Assembly: GCA_013265495.1 (NCBI GenBank)
Contig: MU057936.1
Location: forward strand, 1-64,000
Length of the DNA stretch: 64,000 nucleotides
Direction of reading: 5' to 3'
DNA from: Vicugna vicugna
Taxonomy: Eukaryota
Shown here: in pieces, positions 12,096 through 26,215 of the stretch
How the letters are laid out: each line of letters starts with the position of its first letter
Position numbering within the stretch: position 1 is the first letter of the stretch
Notes under the pieces: generated by a model
Told to the model about the DNA's origin: nothing
What the model saw: only the letters and a program-made list of their open reading frames with translations
Databases searched by the model: none
Made by a program: the position numbers and the translations under genes

Positions 12096-15000
12096 CATTC
12101 ATCTGTTGATAGACGCTTAGTTTGCTTCCATATCTTGGCTATTGTAAATGATGCTGCAGTGAACATTGGAGTGCATGTATCTTTTTGGATTTATGTTTTT
12201 GGTTTTTTTGGCTGTATACCCAGGAGTGAAATTGCTGGGTCATATGGTAGTTCTATTTTTAATTTTGAGAAACCACCATAGTATTTTTCCACAGTAACTG
12301 CATGAATTTACATTTGCATGAACAGTCTACAAAGGTTCTTTTTTCATCACATCCTTGTCAACACTTGTTATTTGTGTTCTGTATGATGACAGCCTTTCTG
12401 ACAGGTGTGAGGTGATATCTCATTGTGGTTTTAATATGCATTTCTCTGATAATTAACAATGTTGAGCATCTTCTCACATGCCTGTTGGCTATCTGCATGT
12501 TTTCTTTGGGAAAAATGTCTATTTAGGTCTTCTGCCCATTTTTTAAATAGGGCTGTTTTTTTGTTGTTGTTGAGTTGTATGAGCTGTTTATATATTTTGC
12601 ATATTAACCCTTTGTTGGTCATATCATTAACAAATGTTTTCTCCCATTCAGTAGGTTGTCTTTTCATTTTGTCCCTGCTTTCTTTTGTTGTGCAAAAGCT
12701 TTTAAGTCTAATTAGTTCCCAGTTTATTTTTGCATTTATTTCCTTTGCTTTAGGAGACAGATTCAGAAAAATATTGCTATGATTTATGTCAAAGAGTGTT
12801 CTCTGTATGTTTTCTTCTAGTTTTATGGTTTATGGTCTTAAGTTTAGGTCTTTAATCCATTTTGAGTTTATTTTTGCACATAGTATTAGGGAATGTTCTC
12901 ATTTCATTTTTTTACAGGTAGCTAGCTGTCCAGTTTCCCAGCACTACTTATTGAAGACACTGTTCTCTCCATTGTATAGTCTTGCCTCTTTTGTTGTAGG
13001 ATAATTGACCATAAGTGTATGGCTTTGTTTCTGGGCTCTCTGTTCTGTTTCATTGATTGATGTGTCTGTGTGTGTGTCAGTACCATCCTGTTTTGATGAC
13101 TGTAGCTTTGTAGTATTGTCTGAAGTTAGGGAGCATGATTCCTCCAGCTCTGTTCTTCTTCATCAAGTTCATTTTGGCTATTCAGGATCTTTAGTTTTTC
13201 CATACATATTTTAAAATGATTTTTTCAGCTTCTGTGAAAAATGTCTTTGTTATTTTAATAATATTAATTTGTCCAGTCCATGAACACAGTGTATCTTTTT
13301 ATCTGTTGGTGCCTTCTTCAGTTTCTTTCATCAGCATCTTATGATTTTTAATGTACAGGTCTTTGGCCTCTTTAGGTAGGTCTGTTCCTAGATATTTTAT
13401 TCTTTTGGTATGATGGTAAATGGGATTATTTCCTTTATTTCTCTTTCTGATATTTTATTGTTAGTGTATAGAAATGCAACAGATTTCTGTATATTAATTT
13501 TGTATCCTGCAACTTTACCAAATTCATCGATTTGAGCTCTAATAGTTTTCTGTTGGCATCTTTAGGATTTTCTATGTATAGTCTACCATGTCATCTGTAA
13601 ACAGTGACAGTTTTACTTCTCTCTTTCCAATTTGGATTCCTTCTATTTCTTTTCCTTGACTGATTGTTGTGGCTAGGACTTCCAATACTATGAATAAGAG
13701 TGGGGAGAGTGGGCATCCTTGTCTTGTTGCTGATCTTAGAGGAAATGCTTTCAGCTTTTCACTATTGAGTATGATGTTAGCTGTGGGTTTGTCATATATG
13801 GCCTTTATTATGTTGAGGCACGTTCCTTCTATACCTAATTTTGGGAAATATCTATAATAAAGGGATGTTGAATTTTGTCAGAAGTTTTCCTGCATCTATT
13901 GAGATGATCATATGGTTTTTATTCTTCAATTTGTTAATGTGGTGTATTATGTTGATTGATTTGCAGATATTGAAAAATCCTTGCATCCTTAGATAAATCC
14001 CACTTCTTCATGAAGTATGATCCTTTTAATTTATTGTTGAATTCGGTTTGCTAATATTTTGTTGAGGATTTATGCCTAAATATTCATCAGTGATATTGAC
14101 CTGTAATTTCCTTTTTTGTGGTATCTTTGTCTGGTTTTGATTTCAGGTGATGCTAGCCTTGTAGAATGACAACAGCATTTCTTCCTCTGCAATTTTTTGG
14201 GATAGTTTGAGAAGGATTAAGTGTAAACTCCTCTCTAAATGTTAAGTAGAATTCACCTGTGAAGCCATCTGGCCCTTGATCTTTTTCACTGGGAGTTTTT
14301 AAATTACTGATTCACTTTCATTACTGTTGATTGATCTGTTCATATTTTCTATTTCTTCCTTTTTCAGCCTTGGGAAATTGTACATTGCTAAGAATTTGTC
14401 CATTTTTCTAGGTTGTCCATTTTGTTGACAAATTGTTTATAGTAGTCTTATGATCTTTTGTATTTTTGTGGTGTCAGTTGTAACTTCTCCTTTTTTATTT
14501 CTGTTTTTATTGACTTGGGCCCTCTCTGTTTTGTGATGAGTCTGGCTAAAGGTTTATCAATTTTGTTTACCTTTTCAATGAACAAAACTGATTTTAGTTT
14601 CATTGATCTTTTCTATTCTTTTTAGTCTCTATTTCATTTTTCCTTCTCTGATCTTTATGATTTCTTTCCTTCTACTAAAGTTGGGTTTTGTTTGTTCTAC
14701 CTTCTCTAGTTCCTTTAGGTGTAAGGTTAGTTTGCACATTTGAAATTTTTTCTTGTTTCCTGAGTTAAGCTTATATTCCTATAAACTTCCATCTTAGAAC
14801 TGCTTTTGCTGTGTCCCATAGATTTTGAATCATTGTATTTTTGTTTTCATTTGTCTCCAGGTTTTGATTTCCTCTTTGATTTCTTCAGTGACCCATTATT
14901 GGTTTAGCAGCATATTGTTTAGCTTCCATGTGTTACGTTTTTTGCAGTTTTTTTCCCTTGTAGTAGGTTTCTAGCCGCATAGTGTTGTGGTCAGAAATGA

Positions 15001-15481
15001 TGCTTGATGTGGTTTCAGTTTTCTTAAGTTTACTAAGGCTTGGTTTGTGGCACAGCATGTGATCTATCCTGGAGAATGTTTCGTATGCACTTGAAAAGAA
15101 TGTGGGTTCTGCTGCTTTCAGAGGGAATGTTCCATATATATTTATGTAAAGTTCATTTGGCCTAATGTGTCATTTAAATCCAGTGTTTCCTATTGATTTT
15201 ATGTCTGGATGATCTGCCCATTGATGTAAGTAGGGTCTTAAAGTCCCATGCTATTTCTGAGTTAGTGTTGATTTCTCCTTTATGTTCGTTAAGATTTGAT
15301 TTATGTATTTAAGTGCTCCAGTGTTGGGTTCTTATGTATTTACAATTGTATCTTTTTCTTGGATTGATCCCTTCATCGCTATGTGATGTTGTTCTTTGTC
15401 CCTTATAACAGTCTTTATTTTAAAGTCTATTTTGTCTGATACAAGTATGGCAGTCCTGGCTTTCTTTTGATTTCCATTTGG

Positions 15482-16075
15482 GTTTTTTGGTTTTGTTTTG
15501 TTTTTTAAATTTTTTATTGATTTATACTCATTTTACAATGTTGTGTCAAATTCCAGTGTAGAGGACAGTCCCTCAGTCATACATGAACACATATACATTC
15601 ATTGTCATACTTTTTTCTCTGTGAGCTACCATAAGATCTTGTGTATATTTCCCTGTGCTATACAGTATAATCTTGTTTATCTGTTCTACAATTTTGAAAT
15701 CCCGTCTATCCCTTCCCCCCCTCTACCCCCTTGGCAACCATAAGTTTGTATTCTATGTCTATGAGTCTGTTTCTGTTTTGTATTTATGCTTTGTTTTTGT
15801 TGATTTTGTTTTTTGGTTTTTAGATTCCGCATATAAGTGATCTCATATGGTATTTTTTTTTCTCTTTCTGGCTTACTTCAGTTAGAATGACATTCTCCAG
15901 GTGCATCCATGTTGCTGCAAATGGCGTTATGTTGTCGGTTTTTATGGCTGAGTAGTATTCCATTGTATAAATATACCACATCTTCTTTATCCAGTCACCT
16001 GTTGATGGACATTTAGGCTGTTTCCACGTCTTGGCTATTGTAAATAGTGCTGCTATGAACAATGGGGTGCAGGTG
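15482..16075 (-). mobile_element. Young 5'-truncated L1 nested in ORF2 of the 11499-19216 L1
   Basis: TSD tccatttgg at 15473-15481 and 16076-16084. ORF2 C-terminus [27 protein letters not shown] intact. Confidence 0.9.
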
Positions 16076-16443
16076 TCCATTTGGATGGAATACCTTTTTA
16101 CATCCCCTCACTTTCAGGCTATGTTTGTATTTAGATCTGAACTGAGTCTCTTGAAGGCAGCATGTATATGGGTCTTGTTTTTGTATCCATTCAGACACTC
16201 TGTGCTTTTTGATCAGAGCATTTTGCTATTCACACTTATGATAATTATTGATTTGTATGTTCTTATTGCCGTTTTGTTAATTGTTATAAGGTTGATTTTG
16301 TAAGTACTTTTTGTACTGTTTTTGGTTCTTGTCTTTTGTGATTTGATGACTACCTTTAGTATTATGTTTGGATTCTTTTTTCTGTTTTGTGTGCATCTAG
16401 TATAGGTTTTTGGTTTGCGGTTACCATGAGATTTTTATATAGC

Positions 16444-16541
16444 TGTGTGTGTGTATGTATGTGTATATATATATGTATACATATATATATATATATATAT
16501 AAAAAGAATGTGTGTGTATATATATGTATGCACATATATAT
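16444..16541. repeat. (TG)/(TA) compound microsatellite in the L1 inter-ORF region
   Basis: tgtgtgtgtgtatgtatgtgtatatatatatg... Confidence 0.85.
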
Positions 16542-19216
16542 GAATGATTGTTTTAAGCTTCTGATCAAATTTCAAATACATTTTAAACAACCCTGCATTT
16601 TTACTCTCCTCTCACAATGACTGTTTTTGATATCATATTTTACACCTAATTAATTTACTATCCCTTAACTGCTTACTGTAGATACACACGACTTCACTAC
16701 TTCTGTCTTTTGACCTTCATACTAGCTTTGTGGATGATTTTCGACCTCTACTGTATGTTTGCCTTTACTAGTGTGCTTTCTCATTTCATAATTTCCATGT
16801 TTCTAGATGTGACCTTTTCTTTTTCGCTTAGAGAAGTTCTTTTAACTTTTCTTGTAAAGCTGGTTTGATGGTTCTAAAATCTAAACTTAGTTTTTGCTTG
16901 TCTGTGAACCTTTTGATTTCTCCATCAAATCTGAACAAGAGCCTTGCCGGGTAGAGTATTCTTGGTTTTAGGTTTTTCCTTTCATCACTTTAAATATTCG
17001 TACTTCTCCCTTCTGGCCCGCAGTTTCTGCTGAAAAGTCACTTGATACCCTTATGGGAGTTCCCTTGTATGTTATTTGTTCCTCTTCCCTTGCTGCTTTT
17101 GATATTCTCTATTTATTTTTAATTTTTGTCATTTTAGTTAGTGTTTCTTGGGTTTATTCCTTTTGGGTTAATCTGTATGGCACTCTCTGTGCCTCCTTGA
17201 CTTGGATGTCTGTTTCCTTTCCCAGCATAGGGAAATTTTCAACTATTATGTCTTCTAATATGTTCTCAGCCCTTTTCTCTCTCTTTTCCTTCTGGGACCC
17301 CTGTAATGCAAATATTAGTACACTTGATGTTGTCCCAGAGGTCTCTTAAAGAGTCCTCATTTCTTTTCATTCTTTTTCTTTTTTCTGTTCAGGACCAGTG
17401 ATTAACAGTCCTCTGTCTTCTAGCTTGCTGATCCATTCCTCTGTATTATTTAGTCTACCATTGATTTCTTCTAGTATATTTTAAAATTTCAGTTATTGTA
17501 TTCATCTCTTTTTGGTCATTCTTTATATTTTCTAACTCCTTGTTAAAAATGTCTAGCTTCTCACTCTGTGCATCCATTCTTCTCCTGAATTTTTCATCAT
17601 CTTTACACTCACTATCCTGAACTCCTTCTCGAGTAGATTGCCTGTCTCCACTTCACTTAGTTCTTCTGGGATTTTATCTTCTTCTTTTGTCTAGAACATG
17701 TTCCTCTGTTGCCTCATTTTGCCTAAGTTGCTATTTTTATTCTTATGTATCTGGTTGGTTGGCTACATTTCCCAGTGTGGGAAGAGTGGCCTTTTGTAGG
17801 AGGCATCCCATGTGTCCTAGCAGCACACTCCCCTCTTGTCACCTGAGCCATATTGTCTAGAGGTTTCCCCTCTGAGGGCTCCATGGGTCCTTTTATTGTG
17901 GCAGGCTGACTATGTGGGTGGTCTGGTAGGATTGGTTGAATTCTAGTTTAGTTGGTTGCAGTCCCCGCTTTGTGCATAAGCTGACGTTCCCTGGTTGGTG
18001 GGAATGGGTCGTGAAATGGCCGACTATGGAACCCCAGCGGGCCCCAGGGCGTATGCTGACTCAGTGGTTGGTGTAGTCAGGGTTCAGAAGACTCTGGGGC
18101 TTTAGCCTGCTCACTGGTGGGCGAAGCCAGCTCCTGGGCTTAGTGCCAGGCTGCTGGTGGGCAGAGCTGGGTCCTGGAGTCTGGCTGCAGGACACAGGGA
18201 TCCCAGAGCTGGTGTCAGTTCACTGTTAGTGGTGGAGAGTATTTCCTGAGACAGTTGGGTACAGAGTCTGGGGTGTGTTGAAACTTGTGTTGGCCTGCTA
18301 GTGAGCAAGGCTGGGGCCCTGCCGGTCCCAGGGCAGGGTCTGGCCTGCTGATGGGCAGGCTGGGTCTGCAAGCTGCAGAATTGTGGTTTTCGTGAGACTG
18401 GTGTCTACCCTCTGGTGGCTGAGGCTGGTCCAAAGGCTAAAGCAGGCTCCCTGGAAGGTAGGGCAAGGGGCCTGGACTGGTGCCTGCCCACTGGTAGGTG
18501 GAGCTAGGTCCCGGGAAGGTGAGCAGGGCTTTGTCCAGAGGTGGCTGTGGGCTCAGGAGGTCTCAAGGCAGCCTATATGCTGATTGGTGGGGCTGTGTCT
18601 CTGCCCAGTAAGTTGCTTGACCTGAGGCATCCCAGTACTGGTTCCTGTAGGCTATTGGGTGTTGCCAGGTTTTGGCGCTCATGAACTAGAGGGAGGACTC
18701 CACAGTGGTGCTTGCCAGCACCAGTGTCCACATGGCTGAGGGAGCTCCCCATAGTGGCTGCTGCCAGCATCTGTGTTCGCAGGGTGCTTCCTGCCTCTCC
18801 TGGTGACTCTACAAGTTCATCAGGTAGGTTTGACCCAGTCTTCTCTCATGTTACTTCTGCCCTGGGTCCTGGAGCATGTGAGATGTTCTGCGCACTCTTC
18901 AAGAGTGGAATCCCTATTTACCTCAGCCCTCTGGAACTCCCGAAATTAAGCCCTGCTGGCCTTCAAAGCCAAATACTCTGAGGACTTGTTTTCCCGGTGC
19001 AGGACGCCTGGGCTGGGGAGTCTGATGTGAGGCTCAGACCTCTCACTCCCTTGGAAGAACCTCTGCAGTGTAATTATTCTCCAGTTTGTGAGCCGCCTAC
19101 CCAGAGTGTAGAACTCGACTGTTTCATGAGTCCGCCCCTTCTACCTGTCTTGTTCTGGTTCCTTCTTTATATCTTTAGTTGTAGAAGCTCTTTTTTGGTA
19201 GATTCCCCACACTTAC

Positions 19217-19925
19217 CAGAAACAGATCTCAGTGAAATTGAAATAAGTGATTTACCTGATGAGGAGTTCAAAATAATGATCATAAAGATGCTTACTGAGG
19301 TCAGGAGAGAAATGCATGAGCAAATATACATACATACAGACAGACAGACAGGGAGACAAACAGACAGACAGATTGATCAATCTATCGATCAATCATTTCA
19401 TCCAACAGCAGCAGAATATATATTTTTCTCAAGGGCACATGGAACATTCTCCAAGATAGATGTTAGGACACAAAATAAGTATCAATATTAAGAAGACTGA
19501 AATCATATCACACCTCTTACAAAATACTAATGTTTATGGGATACAGTAAAGTTAGCAGAAGGAAGTAACAAAGATCAGAGGACAAATAAATTAGATAGAA
19601 ACTAGAAATACAATAGAAAAAATTAAGAAAACTAAGCTGTTGTTTTTTTAAAAGATAAAATTTGACAAACTCTTACCTAGAGTTACCAAATAACATAGAG
19701 GACTCAAAGAATATTGTAAATGCATTTCTATACACTAATAATGAACTGTCAGAAAGAGAAGCTAAGAAAACAATCCCATTTATAATTGCATCAAAAAGAA
19801 TAAAATACCTGGTAATAAATGAAACAAAGGAGGCGAAAGATTTATACACTGAAAACTGTAAGACGTTAATGAGAGCAATTAAGGAAGACACAGATACATG
19901 GAAATATATTCCATGTTTATGGCTT
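19217..19925 (+). mobile_element. Continuation of the 9130 L1: ORF1 N-terminal fragment, (CATA/CAGA)n tract, deleted ORF2 fragments
   Basis: PETDLSEIEISDLPDEEFKIMIIKMLTEVRR (ORF1-like); FHPTAAEYIFFSRAHGTFSKID (EN); AFLYTNNELSERE..IASKRIKYL (RT). Confidence 0.85.
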
Positions 19926-21944
19926 GGATTTGGTACTGTCTTTCCATTCAATATTGATCTCTTGAACATTTTAATTTTAATCACTGACTCTGTGAACATA
20001 GTTTTACTAACATAGGACCCTGATTCCCCATCTCTTCCACAAAGATGCTATGAAGGATTTTATAAAATCTCTTTAAGAGGCTGATACACCATCTTTCTCT
20101 GTTCTTTACTTCATCTACCAGTCTAGTAAGAATGAATCCTGTCAAAAGGAAAAATTAGGTTCTTTTGACTTGTATTAATTAATCCACTGTGGTTCTTGTA
20201 CCATTCCATATTTAAATTCTCATTAAAGCCCATAACAGCAATTACTTTATCTTAAGGAATGCATTAGCTTCCTCCCTTGTAGACAGAAAAGTCTGACTAG
20301 GAGAGAAAATTGCACGGCAAGGGCATCGAGCAGTAGAAATGGGGGTAGTGATACAGTTGTATGCCTTTAAAGTAAAATTGAAAGGAGCCAGATACAGGGA
20401 GGAATGCCATATTTGTAGTCAGAAACTGCTGTTTGAAGTTTGGTGCTAGGCAAGAGAGAATGAGGGAATCAGCGTTGAACTTGCAGTGCCTTTGTGAACA
20501 TTAGAAACCATGCATGTAGAGTTTTCCACAGGATTTGTTACTTGGTATGTTCTCAACTATTTTATTAAATGGTAGGGAAAATGTGGGGAATGGTGAAGGA
20601 GAAACACATAGATTAAAATATCATGAAAGGCATATCAAGCATTATAATATGCAGGTACTATTCAGATCTTTATCAAATAACACGTACAAATGATATCTAA
20701 AGCAGTTGTAATTTTGAACACCAGCTGGATATGTGATAACATAAGTAAACTTTCTGTTTTTGATGTGAAAATAGTCACAGTTATGTTTATTTAAAAAGTT
20801 TCTTTTAGAGATGCAAACTGAAGAATATACAGATTGTAAGGGCAGTTGATGGCGTGTTGATGGGGCAGGATTGTCCATGCAGTGAGGGTTTTTAGGGCTG
20901 TAGGGTGGATATCTTTGTTAGTGTATCTGTATTTGTGTGTGTTCGGAATTCTTGTTAATAAACATACAACTGGTTCTCAAAAAAGAAGGGAGAAAGACAG
21001 TTATAGGTCATAGCTTAAGATACTGAGCTACCCTGAGAAGCCAGGATCTCATATAAGGCACAGGGGATTTGAAGAATGACACAAACACATACAGAATTTG
21101 TGAAAGAGAAGCTGTGGATGCCAAAGAAGGCCTTTATTTGTGCTACAGATTTCCCGGGAGTCAGGCCCTTACACACACAGGAATCGTCATGAATGTCACA
21201 CAAGATAAAAATTTAGTTGTATTTCTTTAATGTCAGTTTTCACAGATCTCTTTTTAAATTCTGACTCTTCATTCACCTCTCACCTCTTCAAATCTTTGTC
21301 TTAGTTCATCTCCATAATCTACTCGTAGGTTTGTTTGTGGCTTTGCTTGATCTTGATGGCTGGCTATCCAGCAGTAGGTTTTCCCCTGCCTTTGAACAAC
21401 CAGCCTCTTCTTCATTTGATGATTTATTTATGCTCTGGAATATGTTTACCAATATAAAGTTTCTCTCTTTTTCCCTTAGGAAATACACATTTGAAGAACA
21501 GCATATAAATCTTTTGCTTACCTTTTGTTATTTTATCTTAGTCATGTACACTATAATTCTCTTTAGAATAAAAATTCGTTAAAATGTTGAGGTTTATGCA
21601 GTATGACAGAATTGACCAAAAACACAGCTGAGATCATTACTTTAGTTACAGAAAGTCTCAGTTGTCAAACAACCAAATAGATGATAACATAATTGATCCT
21701 AATTGCTTATTAAAAATGAAAGCATCAACTCAAAAGATGACGCCTTTATTCAGATCAGTCATCTTAATGACTGAATCCGAGTACTGCAGGTTTCAAATTT
21801 GAGGAATTAACTGCTACTTAGCTGAAAAGAAGTGCACCTGCTATTGAAGGATATACCTTGTATATATGCCATATGTCAGAAATCACTGTGGGAGAGTTAA
21901 AACAAATAACATCACTATTCCTGTATAACAGTTCTACCACACAT

Positions 21945-22110
21945 TAATGTTTACAAAGCATTTCACATGTGGCTCAATTTAGTCTCCACAAAATCAGATT
22001 AATATTATTCTTGTTATTTTATATTGAGGTATATTCTCAAATAATTCAGTTTAAATAGTTACCCAAAGTCCTATGTCTGATGAGCTGAGATCTGAATCCA
22101 GTGCTTTTTC
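21945..22110 (-). mobile_element. MIR SINE fragment
   Basis: gtttacaaagcatttcacatg...ttacccaaagtc...gagctgagatctgaatccagtgctttttcc. Confidence 0.5.
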
Positions 22111-23459
22111 CATTGTTCCTCAGTTGGCATCCACAGATAGGAAACTGTAACTTTTTTGTATTATTCTGAAAATGAACTCATTAACTTCATTTGTATTTTG
22201 AAACCTAGATCATAATTTAATAGTTATTGTTGGGAAGGATGACCAGTTTTCTGGCATCATAAATTAGTAGAGGTTTGTAACAAACTCACAGCTCTAGTCT
22301 CAGTTTAAGTAGAAATCTCCCAAATTATATTTTATAATCGTTTGAATCGAATGTGAAGAAATTTGAGCAAGGCTCTCTGTCAAAGGATTTTACCTTCTCA
22401 GGTGGAGACTTCATTGCTCTCATGAGCATCAGGAAATCGTAGCTGTTCTTGTCGGACTGATTCTAGTTGTCAACTGGTGTTTTTTCTACAGCCATTTTTA
22501 TTGTCATTTTGCATAGATACTCTCATGGTTTCTTGTCAATTTACATGAAATCCTTCATTTCAGTATTTCCTAGTTTAACCATTAACATAAAATCAGTTTC
22601 ACACATGATTGCAGTCACTGTTCTGGTTGTTTGATTCCTGAGCTACTCATGAAATATCCTGCTGTGTATTTTAAGTTTCTGAGATCCTTTACACCTGTTC
22701 ATTATTTGATGTGCTTTAACTATATTTTTCCCAGAGGAGGAAGCATTAGTTTCCCTAAAAATGTGCATGAAACTCTTAAAATATATATGACATGACTAGT
22801 GACTACCCCTCTATAGAAGTGAGAGAGTGTGCTGAGGGGGGATGCTTAGGAAGCAGAAATACTGCCTTAAGGCCCCTTCCTGTCCTCTGACCGGGCTCCC
22901 AGTGGGACCACCAGCAATCCAACCTAGTCCATGCTCTGGGTCCTCATGTCCCAGCAATTCCCTTCTCAAATGACCCCGAGTCCACTTCCAAGGCCCAACA
23001 TGCTGAGTGCAGATCTGCTTCAGGTGTGTACACCCCTGGGACCAAGTGGTAACCAAGTGGCAGATTTTAGTGGTGAGGTATAAATAAAGTTTAAAATACA
23101 TAGATTTATGATACGTGGGCCTTTATTTGTTCTCTTGTTGCAAACCCCACAAATGTTATAGGTGGCCCGAGCAAGAGTTGCATTATCAGATAGGGAATTC
23201 GCATTTGCTTCGCTAGCATATATCAATAATATATTGAATATAGTATCAGTGTCAAAAGAATATGTCATGATGATTATCAGAGCCCTGGTTATTTCTCCTT
23301 AGATTTAAATAGCTTCCTAGACTTCCTCTGGAAGATACTCTAAAAGTACCACATAGGGAAGCCCCTCTTCAAAGTTATGTACCAGATATGAAGAGTTCAA
23401 ACTCTCCTAAAATATTCCTGAAGGGACAATTCAATCTAAAGTTATTTATCCATTGAACA

Positions 23460-24400
23460 AACATATATCACTCATGTACTATGTAAATGGAAGACATTTT
23501 TTACAGATGTTAGGGATGAAAAAGATGGATTGAGCATATTTCTCATTTTCTTGCTTAATAATGAAGATCAGATAATAATGTCAATGACTATAATATAAGA
23601 CAACATGGACATGAGAGGTGGACATGATTCTATGGGATCCAAGGCAGGCAAACTGTGGGACTTACTTGCACTGCCTCACTTGTGCCAGCCACACCTGAAT
23701 CACCAGCGCTTGCCACTGCCCCCTCTTCTTACCTGTTTCCTTTTTCAAGCTCACTCCTAGTTAATTTTTGAAACTCAGCTCAGAAATTACAGCCTTCCCC
23801 GGGTGCATTTCCCAACACAGCTCTCCCTCAGCTGGGTGGGTACTTATCCCTTGAGCTCTCAGGGTACTGCGTGCCTGCACTTCCCTGTGTTCTAAGTGGT
23901 TTACACATCTTTCCATCCACCAGAACTGAGTTCCTTTAGGGCACAGTGGCATATTCCCTGTCTGTGTGTCCTCTGCTACACACGATGTCTGGGATAGGCC
24001 AGAAATGACCTGAAAGCCCACTGAGCGACTGAAGATCAGAGGAGACCAATAACTATGTTGCAGAATACATAAAGATGGAATATGAAGATAAAGAAAAAGG
24101 GGGAACCTATTTGAAGTAGAGAAAATATGAGCAAAGAGCAGGTGAGACACTGACAGAAGGAGAATAATAAGTAGAGAGGCTGAGCTTTGCTGTGGGTTTT
24201 CTGGAGCAGTGCTTTGGGGGAGATTTGGGAAGTCATGCAGATTGAGAAGGCTTTTGAATATCAGGCTAAGGAGTCTTCACCTATTTGTTAAGCAATAGAG
24301 TGTCAGTGAGCGGCTTTAACCAGCAGAGATTCATGAATGGAGGTCTACTTTAAGAATTTAACATCCTGGTTTGTGAAGAGGCCGAGGAGGAGAGACTAGT
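23460..24400. mobile_element. Highly decayed L2 fragments
   Basis: L2-like motifs (tttatccattgaacaaacatat...; gaaggcttttgaatatcaggctaaggagt...aagcaatagagtgtcagtgagcggctttaaccagcag). Confidence 0.4.
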
Positions 24401-26215
24401 GGCAGCAGATGAACTGAGAAACTCTTCATTCAGCAAGCCGTTTGGGGGAAACTTACTAGTTCACAGGTCCTGTCCTGGGATCTCGTGACACTGAGGCACA
24501 TAGTGATGGTATGTCTTTGAAATCTCACAGTCCAGTAGGAGAGAATGACCTTTAAAGAAGGAGCAATGATCCTGGAATATATTAGAGAATTTTCTAGGAA
24601 GGGAGCTTTGTATGTCGGCAGAGGAGCAGAAGGATTCAAAGTTGGCTATGGTTAGAAACTAACATTTACCTGGAGAGAAGAAATGTCAACTAACCAGGTC
24701 AGAGAATGCAAAAGGAGGAATTGTCTAGGAGGAAATAGACTGGTTTAATCATGTTAAGTCTATTGTTTTGGGAGGATCACAGGCAGAAATAACAGCACAA
24801 GTAGTGAACAAATTATTCCTCATGACTCCCTCAACATAATTTCTATAATTACCCCCCATTGTGTACCATAAGGAGTCACTAATGCTAAACTGGAAGGCAG
24901 GCAGCCTCTCCTATATTTTCAGGTTATATATAATAAGGTAGAGAGAAAGAGACAGTGTAACTGTTGAGAAGATAATGTGAAAATCTAACACTTAAACACA
25001 CAGCCACAGAAACCAATTTAGATCACACGTTGACAAATACCGATGTGACTGCTGAGCGTGAATCCACTTTAGGAGTTTGGGCTGAGATGGTCCTACCTAG
25101 AAACCCATGCACCTTGTTGTGCTGGATTTCCAGAACAAGGAACAAGGGGCTCTGATGCGTTCTTAAAGAAAACAACTTTCCACTCCTGATGAGTCTACTT
25201 TCAGTTGGAGGAAGAATTTCAGATGGGAGAGGCAGTGGGGCAGGAGTCCTTTCCTTTGAGAGTAGGTGAGGTCGTCTGTCACATCTTTCTGCTCGCAAAG
25301 GCCAGTGTCGAGCAGAATCATTAAACTGTGCTTCTAGGTCTGGCCTCTATTTCCAGTTGCAGACAAGTCTGCCAGTCAGTGTCAGTTTTGTCAGGAAATT
25401 CTGTGACACGAATGCCTGGACTGAGTCCAGTGATTAGGTTCTCATAGACTATTGAGAACCTGCTGGAGAAATGACACTATAGGGGTCATCGCAGAGACTT
25501 GCAGTCTGCTTGTATCCAAGGCGGTGACCTGGAGAGGGACGATCAGAATCTTTCCATGTTCTATCACAGATCAGCCAAGTCAATGTGTGTGATAATTAAA
25601 CCTGTTACACTTTAAGACAGGGAAAGGAAAAGCCACAAAATAGGGGGGAATCAACTCAAGAAGTCATAGCCTCAATTAGATTTCCCGTACAGCCTTCCTT
25701 ATCTTGAATGGTAGTTTCATTAATACATCTTTCTCATGTGAGAAATAACTGAATTAGTCAGGAGAGGCTTGTCTGCGCTCCGGAAAGAAACCATCTCAAA
25801 ATCTGAGTGGCTTAAAACAATAAGAGTTCATTTGTACCACGGGTTCTGCTGAAGAATGACAGATCCTCCAATCTGGCATCATCATATAAAAAGAGACACT
25901 GATTTTTAGGAGGAGTTTGGTATAAAGGAGATCGTAGGGATGGACGTGAGAACATGGGCTCGGAAGAGGGGAGCAATTCCTCAGTGCTCACCCCAGAGCC
26001 TTCCCCAGGCCTGTCACAGATGCCCCCTCGGCAGTGCTGATGTCGACCATTCCAGAAGAGCTGATATTTAGGGCCTGAGTGACTCCCAGCTTCACTGCAT
26101 TCTGGTGTATTCCTCTGTGACAGCTTCTTTTTCTACTAATGGTTTCAACATGAGGAAAGAAAGATCTCCAGTTTAAATTACAGCAAGGCCTACTTTATTA
26201 AGCAAAGATGATTTT

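Larger units (their letters stand above)
11499..19216 (-). mobile_element. Near full-length (~7.7 kb with nested inserts) decayed LINE-1: 5' UTR ~17750-19205, ORF1 ~16800-17720, ORF2 ~11900-16330, 3' UTR
   Basis: TSD cagaaacagatct at 11486-11498 and 19217-19229. ORF2 remnants EWIQKQDPYTCCLQET and [11 protein letters not shown]; many stops and frameshifts. Confidence 0.92.
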
